Shown one piece after another: positions 1 to 13,733 of a stretch of 64,000 nt of DNA. A model generated the notes under the pieces. That model had not been told where the DNA came from. It saw only the letters and a program-made list of their open reading frames with translations, and did not search any database. Every line of letters starts with the position of its first letter. Within the stretch, counting starts at the first letter, position 1. The DNA is from the human T2T-CHM13v2.0 reference genome, Homo sapiens. The stretch lies in the NCBI RefSeq assembly GCF_009914755.1, contig NC_060940.1. One strand, 5' to 3'. A program made the position numbers and the translations under genes.

Positions 1-1215
1 TGATCACACATAATCTTAAAATTTGTGTATATCGCCTCTACTTTAATCCTTTTGAGTTGGCAAAAGCACCATTCCCGATCACACACAGCAGTTCTACAGT
101 TTTATGTTTCTGAATGGCTGTTTAAAGACAACCCTAAATTATAACTTAGTTTGACTTAGATTGTAAAGAATTCAAGAGTGAAGTTTAACTTGCTACTATT
201 TTAAATGCATGTGACCTTACAGATCTATAAAATGTGAGAAGTGTTAAATAATCTTTGATATTACACATAAACCACACTAAAATGCCTTTCAATAAATAAA
301 AGGAACTATTTTAAATACAGGGAATTCTAATTAGATTGGCACAGTTAAGCCCAAAAATATAAAGTAGACATTGCTACCTTATTTATCTTCAACAATGCCT
401 TTAAGAGGCAAATGAACACAAAACACAGGTGAATTTTCCTTGGTTCTGAGACAGTGAAGGAATTTCCCCAGTATTTAAATATATTCACATAACCAGTTAT
501 ATAAATCTAAATATAAAACCAATCTCCAGTAAGTTTTAAGATGGCACTCACCATCTTTGCGAAAAGTTGAACATTACTAACAAAGTCTAGTTCTATCTTT
601 AGTAGGGGTAAACAGTGATAGCATTTACTGAATTGGAATTACTATTACAATTCAAAAACTGAACATATTCATTTAACCACAACCCAGTCTTAGTTTTAAA
701 TCAGGACTGCCCAACAAAATATTCTGTCAGTCATTCATGATCTGAATTCTGGTGTATGAGATCTATTAAAGTATGGTACACATAAAAAAGTCACGAGACA
801 TTTCTGTGTTGTAATAAATAAGGCAGTGGCCAATTATTACTCATTAGTAGCTTTTTTGAGATAAGCTATCAAGTCTGCTCTTTCTGCCTCCTTCTTAATG
901 CCGGCAAAGATCATTTTTGTTCCAGGGATGTACTTCTTGGGATTCTCCAAATACTCCATCAGTGTATCCTCTCCCCAGGTGATGCCTTTGTTCTTACTGG
1001 TGTCTGTGTAAGAGAATCCAATGGCCTGACCTGTCTTCCACCCGAAGAGATTAGGCCCTGTCTTATGCTTGCCTCCCTTTTCCACGGTGTGGCACTGGGC
1101 ACACTTCTGAACAAAAATCTTCTTGCTTTTCTCAACATCACCCATATTTAGTTCTGTTTTTCGTTGCTGGCGCAACTAAGGTTCCTGCTCTGAAGCTGGA
1201 CGTCTCCAGTCTCTC
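1..1215 (-). pseudogene. CYCS: Processed cytochrome c (somatic) pseudogene: spliced 5'UTR (~1146-1215), CDS 837-1145, long 3'UTR running off the window start
   Basis: ATG at 1145 to TAA at 837 gives 102 aa [25 protein letters not shown]...KKATNE with CxxCH and Met80. No introns; the 5'UTR abuts the ATG as in the mRNA. Has an in-frame HGL deletion and substitutions at conserved sites. The symbol names the parent gene; the pseudogene number is unknown. Confidence 0.96.
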
Positions 1216-1654
1216 GTATCTCCCCTTTTTTTTAGAGAAATGGTGGTATGATATAGACACATTTCTCTACCTGGCTTTTTCATTTCACAGTATATCCTGG
1301 AGGAAACTGCCCATATACAATTTTGAGGAGAAAAGATTGTAACTCAAAAGTAAATTTGCTATTTAAATTTGAAAGCAATAGAAAGACAATTTCCAGATAT
1401 GCAAGGCCTTAGAAGTATCTTACTAAAAGCAAACCAACAAACAAACTCTACAAAGAATTTGTTGTTCATTGTATAGATTAATTTAAAATGAATAAATCTT
1501 AGAAAAGAAAACTTGAGGCCTAAATGACTGCCAGAAAATGATGGAATCAATTGAACATAGAGTGAAGACATAGAATTGTCATTTAGCAGGATGCAAATGT
1601 GAATAAACTTGAAAGATTCCTATGATAAAGGAGTAACATTATGAAAATACAAAC

Positions 1655-2313
1655 TTGAGTTTAGAAAACCCTAAAGGCTCATCCAATAAGCTCCTAGAAT
1701 TCATAAATGAATTCAGTAAAGTTTCAGGATACAAAATCAATGTACACAAATCAGTAGCACTGCTATACACCAATAGGGACGAAGCTGAGAATGAAACCAA
1801 AAACTCAATCCTCTTTACAATAGCTGCAAAAATAAATAAGTAAATAAGCAAATAAATAAATAAATAAAATACTTAGGAATATGCCTAACCAAGGAGGTGA
1901 AAGACCTCTGCAAGGAAAATTACAAAACACTGCTGAAAGAAATCACAGATGACACAAACAAATGGAAACACATCCCACGCTCATGGATGGGGAGAATCAA
2001 TATTGTGAAAATGATCATACTGCCAAAAGCAGTGTACAAATTCAATGCAATTCTCATCAAGATACCATCATCATTCTTTACAGAACTAGAAAAAACAGTC
2101 CTAAAATTAATATGGAACCAAAAAAGAGCCTGCATAGCGAAAGCAAGACTAAGCCAAAAGAACAAATTTGAAGGCATCACATTACCTGATTTCAAACTAT
2201 ACCATAAGGCCATAGTCACCAAAATACCATGGTACTGTTATTAAAATAGGCACATAGACCAGTGGAACCAAATAGAGAACCCAGAAATAAAGCCAAATAC
2301 TTACAGCCAACTG
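1655..2313 (+). mobile_element. Internal L1 ORF2 fragment (RT/post-RT region, L1PB-like)
   Basis: ORFs 1655-1843 and 1897-2244 translate to [27 protein letters not shown] and [28 protein letters not shown]. No 3'UTR or poly(A). Confidence 0.92.
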
Positions 2314-2585
2314 ACTTCCTTTTGTAATGATCAAAGACATTGTTCCTGAGACCTAGAACTATGTGTTTATGCTAGTCTGGCCAATTTCAGTGGGGTAGGC
2401 ATGGGAAAATGTAGGTGATATTCTGCTGCAACTCTGCTTGGCTGTTCCATTTTCTATTTCTTTTTCCTTAGCTCTCCAGTGTTTCAGTACACACATGAAC
2501 AACACAACATTTTAAATCAACATTAAACCTTCGGAGGCTAATAAAATCCAGGCTTCTAGCTTCTCTAAAAAAAAAAAAAGTCACA

Positions 2586-2866
2586 GGCCGGGCATAGTGG
2601 CTCACGTCTGTAATCCTAGCACTTTGGGATGCCGAGGAGGGTGGATCATCTGAGGTCAGGAGTTCCAGACCAGCCTGGCCAACAGGGTGAAACCCCATCT
2701 CTACCAAAAATACAAAAATTAGCCAGGCATGATGGTGGGCACCGGTAATCCCAGCTACTCAAGAGGCTGAGGCAGGAGAATTCCTTGAACCTGGGAGGAG
2801 GAGGTTGCAATGAGCTGAGATCATGCCGATGCACTTCAGCCTGAACGACAAGAGTGAAACTCCGTC

Positions 2867-2897
<31 letters not shown>
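2586..2897 (+). mobile_element. AluS element with long A tail
   Basis: Two-arm Alu with A-rich linker and ~30-nt A tail. Confidence 0.93.
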
Positions 2898-2900
<3 letters not shown>

Positions 2901-2907
2901 GAATGTG

Positions 2908-3201
2908 GGCTGGGCACAGTAGCTCATGCCCATAATCCCAGCACTCTGGGAAGCCTTGGTGGGTGGATCACCTGTGGTCAGGCATTCAAAACCAGCCTTG
3001 CTAACATGGTGAAACCTGGTCTTTACTAAAAATACAAAAATTAGCCAGGCGTGGTGGTGGGCGGGCTCCTGTAATCCCAGCTACTCAGGAGGCTGAGGCA
3101 GAAGGATGGCTTGAACCCAGGAGGTGAGGATGCAGTGAGCTGAGATCATGCCACTGCACTCCAGCCTGGGTGACAGAGTGAGACTTTATATTAAAAAAAA
3201 A
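2908..3201 (+). mobile_element. Alu inserted at the tail of the previous Alu
   Basis: Full Alu flanked by TSD AAAAATCAGAATGT. Confidence 0.92.
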
Positions 3202-3284
3202 TCAGAATGTATTATTGGGCTGGTTCGTGGCTGGCAATAATCATCAAGAAATGAGTAGGGGCTCTTTCCCTCTATGTGGGCATA

Positions 3285-3870
3285 TGTTTTTAAATGTAGG
3301 TTTTGATTATTATTATTCACATATGGTAAGGCCAACAGATTGGGGATGATTGCTATTGAAAATGCAGTTTGTGGCTGGGTGGGGTTTGTGCCTGAAGTCA
3401 CAGCTACTTGGAGGCTGAGGCTGGAGGATCGCTTGAGCCCAGAGGTACTAGGGTTGGGCAGGAGGTAGAAAGAGTGAGGGAAAATTTAGGCAAGAATCTT
3501 TATTGAGGTTTCCTTGGTCAAACGTGAGGCAGGGCAGGGTAAGCAGGTTTAGAATTGGCTAGTGGGAATACTTTCAATGGGCTTTGGGGTGTAGGGGTTG
3601 TCCCTAGTTGTCTAGTGCTTGACTCTGGGGTGATCAGGGCAGGGAATAGTGGCCCAGAGTGAAAGGATCTGGTGTTCGGGGGTACAACGGAGATGTCTGG
3701 GGGTATCCACTCTGGATTGGTTAATTTGCATATAAAAGGAGCTCACAGGTGAGTCATTTACTATCTCTAGGAATTGACAGTACCTGGGAGAGACAGTCTT
3801 TCCAGGGTCAGCAAGACCTGAGCTGTCAAAGCATCAGAAACACAGAAAATAAAAAGGTATGATTAATAAA
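3285..3870 (-). mobile_element. Solo ERVL LTR, LTR47-like, interrupted by an Alu fragment at ~3373-3444
   Basis: Ends resemble the recalled LTR47 termini (TGTATTAATCA... / ...CTACATTT(T)AAAACA on the minus strand); 5-bp TSD GCATA/GCATG. Confidence 0.7.
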
Positions 3871-3877
3871 GCATGTG

Positions 3878-4267
<390 letters not shown>

Positions 4268-4989
4268 CTATAGTTTACCCTACTCCTCACTCAGCCAAGT
4301 TCCCTCATTTATGTGACAAGCATTTGAATTTGGGACTTCTGGCTTGGCATCAATTTCCCACTGGTATGGTGATGAGGAATATTTTTTGACCTAGAAAACA
4401 ACTATCTGTTTTCAGGTACACACTGTGAATAGCAGAGAATGTAAAAGCATGGGGAGTTAGTTGTCCTATGTAAGAAGTTAACACTGCAGAGCGGGAAGCA
4501 GCCACACTAGCTGCCGGTGCTCCCTGCTCATGGCTGATGGATTTGGGCTGACAGAGGAGAATGTTGTCTCTATAACCTCTGACTAGCAAATGATCCAGCC
4601 AACAAGGCAGAATTTTCCGGCTGGCTGATCGATAGGGTTCAAATCCCTTTGGACAATAATTGTCCTTGGTCAATGCTGTCTAAAGCATTGCTCGGACCTT
4701 TTGTTTTTACATTTCTAGATTGAGACCAGCACTCAGGTTCATCTCCCCCAATACTGGAGCCTTTGGAGACTGGACAAGGAGTCAGCATTTGGAGACTTTG
4801 TTCACCGGCACAATAGGCCAAAGTGTCATCCCATCTCATAAAGCCTCCCTGCCCTTGAGACAGAAATTTTTGTAGTGATTGCCTTAGATTCCGAATAACA
4901 TAAGAGAAACAGTCTTTTGCTCCTTGATTCTTATCCAGTGTAATATAGTGGGAATAGTCACGTTGTTCAGTTATCCACACAGGGTCCTG

Positions 4990-5200
4990 CGTCAGAAGGA
5001 CCCAGGTTCAAATCCCAATTTTTGCCACTCTCATTGTGCGATGTTGTGGGATTTACCTAGTGCTTTTTAGTCTGTTCTTTATCTATAAAAACTGAGGTAG
5101 TAATATTTGTATAGGTTGTTGTGAGGGCTAAATAAGTCAACTCAAGTAAAGTGCATAGAATCATGCCTGGAACAAAGGAAATGCTCATATAGATTGGCCA
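4990..5200 (+). mobile_element. MIR
   Basis: GGTTCAAATCCC B-box plus degenerate MIR core. Confidence 0.7.
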
Positions 5201-5401
5201 TGAATTTACTATTCATCAAACACACAATGCCAGTCATGGTGCTGGTGTTACAAAGATGATAAAACATAGTCTCTGTTCTAAGAAAAAAGCAACCCAGTGC
5301 AATCAATACTATAATGAGGAAAGGTACAGAGTTTTCACGAGGAAGGAATGACAGACTGTTCTTGGGGAAGGAGTGGAGTATATCTGGGGAGGCATTAAAG
5401 A

Positions 5402-5495
5402 GCTGGGCTAGGTGCGGGGTAGGGCAAAGGAGGTGCTGAGGGGCACAAAATTAGCACTTCGGACACCTCACTTGCCTCATCTTAGTCCTTGCCCT
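5402..5495. mobile_element. Small hAT-Tip100 (MER91-like) MITE within an L2 remnant (~5205-5780)
   Basis: ...CTCACTTGCCTCATCTTAGTCCTTGCCCT terminus similar to the element ending near 60375. Confidence 0.5.
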
Positions 5496-5582
5496 ATTAA
5501 AAAGAAGGAGCTATTGGAAATAGATCTTGAAGATAAGAAGGGAATGTCCAGATGCATATCCCAACAAAGGGGAAGGCATCTA

Positions 5583-6592
<1,010 letters not shown>

Positions 6593-6648
6593 GAAATGAA
6601 ACATGCTGGACCTCAACAAACACAAATATAAAATTTTCAGAGACAATT

Positions 6649-7044
<396 letters not shown>

Positions 7045-7065
7045 CTATATGGCCATCAAACTATT

Positions 7066-7346
7066 CTTTTGTTTTGTTTTGTTTTGTTTTGACACAGATT
7101 CTTGCTCTGTTGCCCAGGCTGAAGTGCAGTGGTGTAATCTGGGCTCACTGCAACTTCTGCCTCTGCCTCCCGAATAGCTGGGATTACAGAAGTTTGCCAC
7201 CACGCCCTGCTAATTTTTGTATTTTTAGTAGAGATGGGATTTCACCATGTTGGCCATGCTGGTCTCGAATTACTGACCTCAAGTGATGCACCTGCCTCAG
7301 CCTCCCAAAGTGCTGGGATTACAGGTGGGAGCCACTGCGCCTGGCC
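7066..7346 (-). mobile_element. AluS with ~27-bp internal deletion
   Basis: Antisense Alu; TSD CAAACTATTCTTT. Confidence 0.88.
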
Positions 7347-7356
7347 CAAACTATTC

Positions 7357-7654
7357 TTTTTCTGTTTTTCTGAGACAGGGTCTCACTCTGTCACCCAGGC
7401 TGGAGTGCAGTGGTGTGATCATAGCTCACTGCAACCTCAACCTCCCTGGGCTCAGGTGATCCTCCCACCTTAGCTTTCTGAGTAGCTGGGACCACAGGTA
7501 AGAGCCACCGTGCCCGGCTAATAATTGTATTTTTTGTAGAGATGGGGCTTCGCCATATTGCCCAGGCTGGTCTCAAACTCCAGGGCTCAAGCGACCTGTC
7601 CGCCTTGACCTCCTAAAATGTTGAGATTACGGGCATGAGCCACCACAGCTGGCC
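7357..7654 (-). mobile_element. AluJ
   Basis: GAGACAGGGTCTCACTCTG..GGGCTCAGGTGATCCTCCCACC J-type diagnostics. Confidence 0.88.
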
Positions 7655-8134
7655 CAAATTATTCTTAATGTCAGACTCAATATCATCCAAGGACTCTCAA
7701 CTCGGCCTAACCTGGTCAAATCCTGGATAGTGTCAAGCAGTAAAAAGTTATATCTCCATTTCATCAGTGTGATTTCTGAACTTGCCTACAGTAGCAATGA
7801 ATACAATGAAATTCTAGAGTAGTGAAGGGGCAATGACAAAAATAGGGACCCTCTTGCCTTGGTCCTTCCTCCATGAGTCTGGAGATACATATGTCCAAGA
7901 CTTTTTATGAGATCATATATTGTGATGGGAGTCTACTACTGAGGGGTCTTGGACATGTCATCAGGGAGATAAAGAAATAGAATATTTCTTGCTTCATATA
8001 TTGTAGAGAAATTCTTACCTGCCACCTGCGAAAAAATCAAGAATCTTAAAACAAAACAAAAGAAAACAAAACAAAACAAATAGGCCTTATAATTTACAAT
8101 CACTGCTTCTGGTGAAAGCAACTGCATCAGTCAA

Positions 8135-8520
8135 TTATTTGCAGCAATATTTTGTATAACAAACTATCCCTAAAGCAGAAGCTTAAAATATCCAGCATTT
8201 ATTTCATGCTTATGGGTCTATGGCGTGGCTGCAATTTGTTCAAGTTAGGGCTCCATGCTTTGAGCAGCAGGATGGAGTTTGGGTTCAGGCTTTCTCCAAG
8301 TGTCCTCATCCTCTTTGGAGTAGCCAGTTCCTCGGGCGTCTCTTCTTGTGGTAGGTCATGTTGCAGGAAGAGGATACATGGAAATACATGGTGCCTCTTC
8401 AGGCCTTGGCTTGGAACTAGCACACATAATTTGTGGGGTAAAATAAACAAATGGCCAAGCCTGAAGTCTATTCTGCCTCAGAAGGATATGTTGGACAATA
8501 ATCCAATTTATCACAGTGAC
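8135..8520 (-). mobile_element. Old MaLR LTR (MLT1 family)
   Basis: TATAACAAACTATCCCTAAAGCAGAAGCTTAAAA.. and CTTGGAACTAGCACAC motifs typical of MLT1. Confidence 0.6.
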
Positions 8521-10023
8521 ATAACAGGATGATTGGGTTTGTTCACGATTCAAATAATAAAACCTCGTTAGTCGCATCTTCTTTGGGAAGTCATTTCTAA
8601 GAATGGTATCAATCTACCTTCTAGGCTTATTTTTGAAACTCCAGCAGGTGTAGAAGTGCTCTTTAAAAGCCAAAGCACCTGAAATTTACTCTTCATAATT
8701 GTTACAATAGCGATGATAAAAACAAATTTGTCTGTGAACCTCAACCTGAGCATCCTACTTGGACATTAATTTTCTGCAGGATGGCTCCAGGGATAGTCTA
8801 ATGCTGCCGCTGTTGATACGCAGAGTGCAGATCTCACAGCTGATGCTGACTCGAGTTGTAGGATGGCAGAAAGAAGATGACGGGATTGGGGCACATGCTC
8901 TAAAAATGTACACTGAATCTCTTTCAGCATTTAACATTTATCTATTTCTGGTTTTTAACCTGCCCTCCATTGCAATTGAGAAACTCTGTAACTCTCTATT
9001 TTTTTCCTAGAAAGCCCACTTGTTAGTCCAAAATGAGCATTGCAGGCCAAATATCTTCCAATGAGCTCAAACCCTGCAGACAGCTCTCAACGTTATGACT
9101 GACAGGTGTACTCTACTGTTTTGCCTGTGTCATCTGCACAGTGGGTAGGGACCAATTACCTACAAATATACAGGAGTGAGTCTGGGGTTGGAAATCAGGA
9201 CGCCTGGCTTCTAGGGCTGGCTTTGTCACTTTTCCTTCTGGTTCCTCATCTGTAAAAATGGAGATAATAATAACTGCCCTACTTTCTCACATGGTGGCTG
9301 TGAAGACAAAAATGAGAAAAGCATGTTGCAAAATAAGAAACACTATTCAAATGCAAGACAGTTTTAGATTCTTCGATTCCTCTCTAAATTAATGATAGCT
9401 CGTCACATTTGTACAATGCTTCTCAATTTTCAAATCACTTCTACTTGTGTTATCTCATTTGGTCTGCCCTACCATGCTCAGTTTTTCAGGGTAGGACACG
9501 GAGGATTGAAGAGGTCATATGGCTTGCCTAGGGTCATCCAGTAAGTAGCAGAGTTGGGAGAATAGCCTGTTTTCCCAATGCTAATTCTGCACTTTTTACA
9601 TTGGAATCCTCTGTTTCAGCTTCTCTGTCAAAGCCAGCCCTGGAAGCTCTTCTGGAAAGTGTTTGTGAGGCGGAATGTGCACACAGGGTTATTGAGAGTA
9701 ACTGTGGAGTCTGTCCAGTACTGGGAAATACTGATGGGCTTTGTGGTCAAGCTTCTGGGTCACCTGCGGGGCTCTCCCCAATCTCGTTCTGCTGGTGTCT
9801 CCTTAGGATGGTAAAAAGCTGGGCACCAGGTCAGATATCCAAGAGGGATTTCTTGAATTCTTTACAGTGATGGGACAAAATCTCCTGGGACATAGAGCTA
9901 TACACTTACTTAAAATGAAAAGCAACTCGGAGATCTTTCTAGCTCAAACTGCACGTGCTACAGATAGAAAATAAAGGGTTGCAGAAGAATAGAAACTTTC
10001 TCATGAGTAAAGAATGGGTTTTG

Positions 10024-10251
10024 GGGCCTGGCGTGGTGGCTCACGCCTGTAATCCCAGCACTTTGGGAGGCCGAGGCTGGCAGATCATGAGGTCAGGAGA
10101 TCAAGACCATCCAGGCTGACACTGTGAAACCCCGTCTCTACTAAAAATACAAAAAATTAGCTGGACGTGGTGGTGGGCGCCTGTAGTCCCAGTTACTCGC
10201 GCCACTGCACTCCAGCCTGGGCTACAGAGCAAGACTCCATCAAAAAAAAAA
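10024..10251 (+). mobile_element. AluY-like with ~60-bp right-arm deletion
   Basis: CAGTTACTCG|CGCCACTGCAC junction; TSD AAAGAATGGGTTTT/AAAGAATGAGTTTT. Confidence 0.88.
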
Positions 10252-10404
10252 GAATGAGTTTTCACAGATCTGGGGATTTATTCTCAGCTCTTCCACTTAC
10301 TGGTTGAGGAGCCAGGATGATTGGGAGGATACCATGAGATAAATGTATTTAAAGTATTATTTAAAATATTGAGAATATAGTGGGCACTGCAGCTATAGTA
10401 AAGT

Positions 10405-10900
10405 CTGAGTTAGTGAATGTGCTTGGCTGCAGACAACTGAACTAATTCACCTGAGGTTCTTTGAGCAGAAAAGGGATCTTTTAAATAGGATATCAGATAG
10501 CTCCTTCATGGAGCCTTCAAGGGTGCTGAGTCAAACTTCGAAACAGCCAGGAACAAAGTCTCTACCTGGTGAGACTGCTCCAGTGAAAAACCTAATGCTG
10601 TCACTGCTCAGTGCAGATGCTAACAGCCTCTCCCATCTCCAATGCATCCCTAAATATTCTCATCAGAAAATGACTTCCATGTGGTATCTGCTCCCCAGGT
10701 TGCTGTCATTCAAACTGAAATCTCAGGAGAGCCTGTATGATTGGCAGAGCCTAGGTCACATGTCTGTGCCATAGTTGCAACGGAGGCTGGGAAAGTTAGT
10801 TCTGGGCTTCTGGATTGGGAAGGAAATGTTTATAATGCGGAAAATTCCCTGAACTTAGGAAGGATTTTCAAAAGATGGTAGAGTGTTTAAGACATAATCA
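10405..10900 (-). mobile_element. Old MaLR LTR (MLT1-like)
   Basis: GATTGGCAGAGCCTAGGTCACATG..GGAGGCTGGGAAAG motif. Confidence 0.5.
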
Positions 10901-11149
10901 CTGAAGTTTCCTGTGTTTGTTTCTTTTATTCCTTGACCCTTTATGTGCACAGAGATTGTAGCAGACTCAGGCTCCAGAATTCCAAACCATTTCCTTTTAT
11001 TACACTGTTTCCTCCATCCTGGCTTCTGAACTGGCCCAGGTCCTCTCATTTAAGGCACGTAGCACTTTGTATCTTTCCTGGGTACAACCCCACATTCATT
11101 GCTAGCCCAACATTACATTGCAAGCATTTTTCCATGCCATTAATTTTTA

Positions 11150-11810
11150 TTTTACAAGATGATTTTTATTAGCTAATAGTATTCCATAGTGTGAGGCATC
11201 AAAATTTATTTAACCAATTGCAAATTGTACATTAAAAAGTAGGAATTTTTGCCAATTTTTTTGATATTACAAATGATTTACCAGTAAATATTCTTACACA
11301 ATAATCTCTGTGCATACTTCTGATTATTTCTTTAGTTTAGTTTTCTAGAAATAGAAGTCAAATGGTCTTTAGATGTTCTTGATAGATATTGCCAAGTTGG
11401 GATCTAGAAATGTGATATAAGCTTTTATATTCTCAATTGCTGTGGCAACCCACATTTGATCATATCCTTGCAAACACTAGATGTTATCATTCTTTAATTT
11501 TTATGATTTTATAGATGAAAAATGTTTCTCATTAGTATTTTGGTGATTTTTTGACCAGTAGTGATATTACATATTTATTTTTATGTAGTCAAATTTGTTA
11601 ATTTTTTCCTTGTTTTCTTAAAAATATAATTATGCTTAGAAAGATCTCTTTCCCAAGGTCTGATGACTTTTCTTATGTATACATATTTACATTTTCGTAT
11701 ATGTTTACAAAACATGTAACTCTTTCATCTATCAGGAATTTAAAAAAACATTCATATGGGACTATCAAGTATTTTTCCTACTGGTTTTCTCAGGACCATT
11801 TCTGTGATAT
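11150..11810 (-). mobile_element. Ancient L1 (L1ME-type) remnant
   Basis: T-rich degenerate antisense ORF2/3' sequence. Confidence 0.55.
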
Positions 11811-12222
11811 AGCAATCTTTATACGTCTCTCGTTCATTCTCCATGGCAGTTATTCCAGACTATTTCTAATCTATTTAATTCTTCCTCATCACTTTGAAGC
11901 TGACGTTCTTGCCTCCCAATTTGCAGAGAAAATAGGAGCCATCAAGCAAGAAATTTCCTGACTTCCTGCCATAAAAGGATACAAAAGATTCTATATCCTT
12001 TTTCAAACTTTTTTCCTTTCCCTCTTTTGTCACATGGTTAATTTCTTGATCTGTACTTTAAATCTCATTTCCTACCACCTCCTTCCACCAGGAACATCCC
12101 ACTCTTTCCTTGAACTTCTTTATTGGTTTTTTCTCAAGTTCATTTCAGTGTACTCAAGTCATTCCCATTTCACACAGTCTCTGAAGCCATCTGATCCAAG
12201 CTAGTAATTTCAGCCAAGACAT

Positions 12223-12621
12223 CTGTTGCGAGCCAAATTGTGTCCTCTGTTTCCAACCAATTCATAATGTTGAAGTCTTAACCCCAGTACCTCAGAATGT
12301 GAGTTGATGAAGAGATAAGGTCATTGAAGAGGTAATGAAGTTAAGATGAGGTATTCAGGGTGGGCCCCAATCCAATACGATTTATGTCCCTATAAAAAGA
12401 GGAAATTTGGACACAGACACACACAGGGGGGAAGACCACATGAATACAAAGGGAGAAGAAGGCCATCTACAAGCCACAGAGAGTGGCCTCAGAAGAAACC
12501 AACCCTGCCAACACTTTGATCTCTGGCTTCTAGTCTCCAAAACAGTGAGCAAATAAATTTCTGATCCTTAAGCCACTCTGTCTGTAGTACATTGCCATGG
12601 CATCCTTAGCAACTAGTCACG
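12223..12621 (+). mobile_element. MLT1B-like solo LTR
   Basis: GGGTGGGCCCCAATCCAAT, TATAAAAAGAGGAAATTTGGACACAGA, GAAACCAACCCTGCCAACAC, AATAAATTTCTG. Confidence 0.85.
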
Positions 12622-13662
12622 CCTAATCTCCCCTTTTCCAAAATAGTATGCCATAATATATTTGGATGTGCTATTGAAATGTTCATTTTTTAAAAATGAA
12701 AAACCCTATTCATATTGGAAACCAGAAAACGAGGACATGCATAGGTTAAAAAACTTTGAAGAATTTCAGTAAGTTAAATTGCAATGGGACAAACCTAGTG
12801 AAGTATCATGAAGCCTATGATATAAAGCCTTTGGGGGTGGGGCATAGCAGCAAGGAAAGAGTTGATCCTGAATTCCAATCGCATTGTCGGCCTCTGTAGC
12901 AGAAGCAAAGCTTAGAGGAAGATTTGAGTGTTGGGAGTTTAAAGGATGCAAAAGATTCAAAGCTCTTCTCTGCTCACCCTACTCCCTTTCTCTCCAGTTC
13001 TATTTCCATTCCTTCTCAGGGAAGTTAGTTAGATTTCAGAAAATGGATTTGGATGTGCTTTATAGCACATGGAGTCTTGGGAAATGAAAATTCTTTCCTT
13101 AGGCTATAGTGGATTGGACATTCCGTGCAGAGGTAGCATCAGATATGCAGGGAGAGAAAGAGAGCCCCTTACGGCCCCAGCCTTCTAAGCCATATGGTTC
13201 GGCTCGTTTTACCCAACTTCTGCATTGAGATTTAGGAGCAAAGCCAGATCAAACAATGGATTGCCATTTTCCTTGAATTTTCTGTTCATTTTTCTGTGCA
13301 TACATATTCCTTTAGGTCGTAATGGGGAAAAGTGATGGTTTATGGGCAGAATTAGGTGGTCTGGCCATGATAGCATCTTAAAAAAACAAACCTCTTTATT
13401 GTAAACTTTTCCCCAAATACATACAAAAAATTTATAAAAGTCCCACGTACCTATTACATAGTTTCCACAATGAATAACTAATAGCCAATCTTGTTTCATC
13501 TATATTCAAATGAATTTTAGAGATTGCTTTTTTTTAAAAAAAAAAATACACAGTTTCAAAGTCAAATATACAGATCATCATATATTTGGAGAGGTCTGTT
13601 TTCTACTCCTGTCTCCTCCATTCTCTTCTCACTGTTTAAACAATGAGTTTTGGTTTATACTT

Positions 13663-13733
13663 ACACACACACACACTCGCACACACGCACGTGTGCACGC
13701 ACACACGCGCGAACACACACACACACACACACA
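13663..13733. repeat. Compound (CA)/(CG) alternating purine-pyrimidine tract
   Basis: ACACAC..CGCACGTGTGCACGCACACACGCGCG..ACAC. Confidence 0.9.

Noticed and set aside
1146-1175. 10-aa N-terminal extension ([10 protein letters not shown]) of the cytochrome c ORF
   Set aside because: The ORF caller used a TTG in the retroposed 5'UTR; the true ATG is at 1145.
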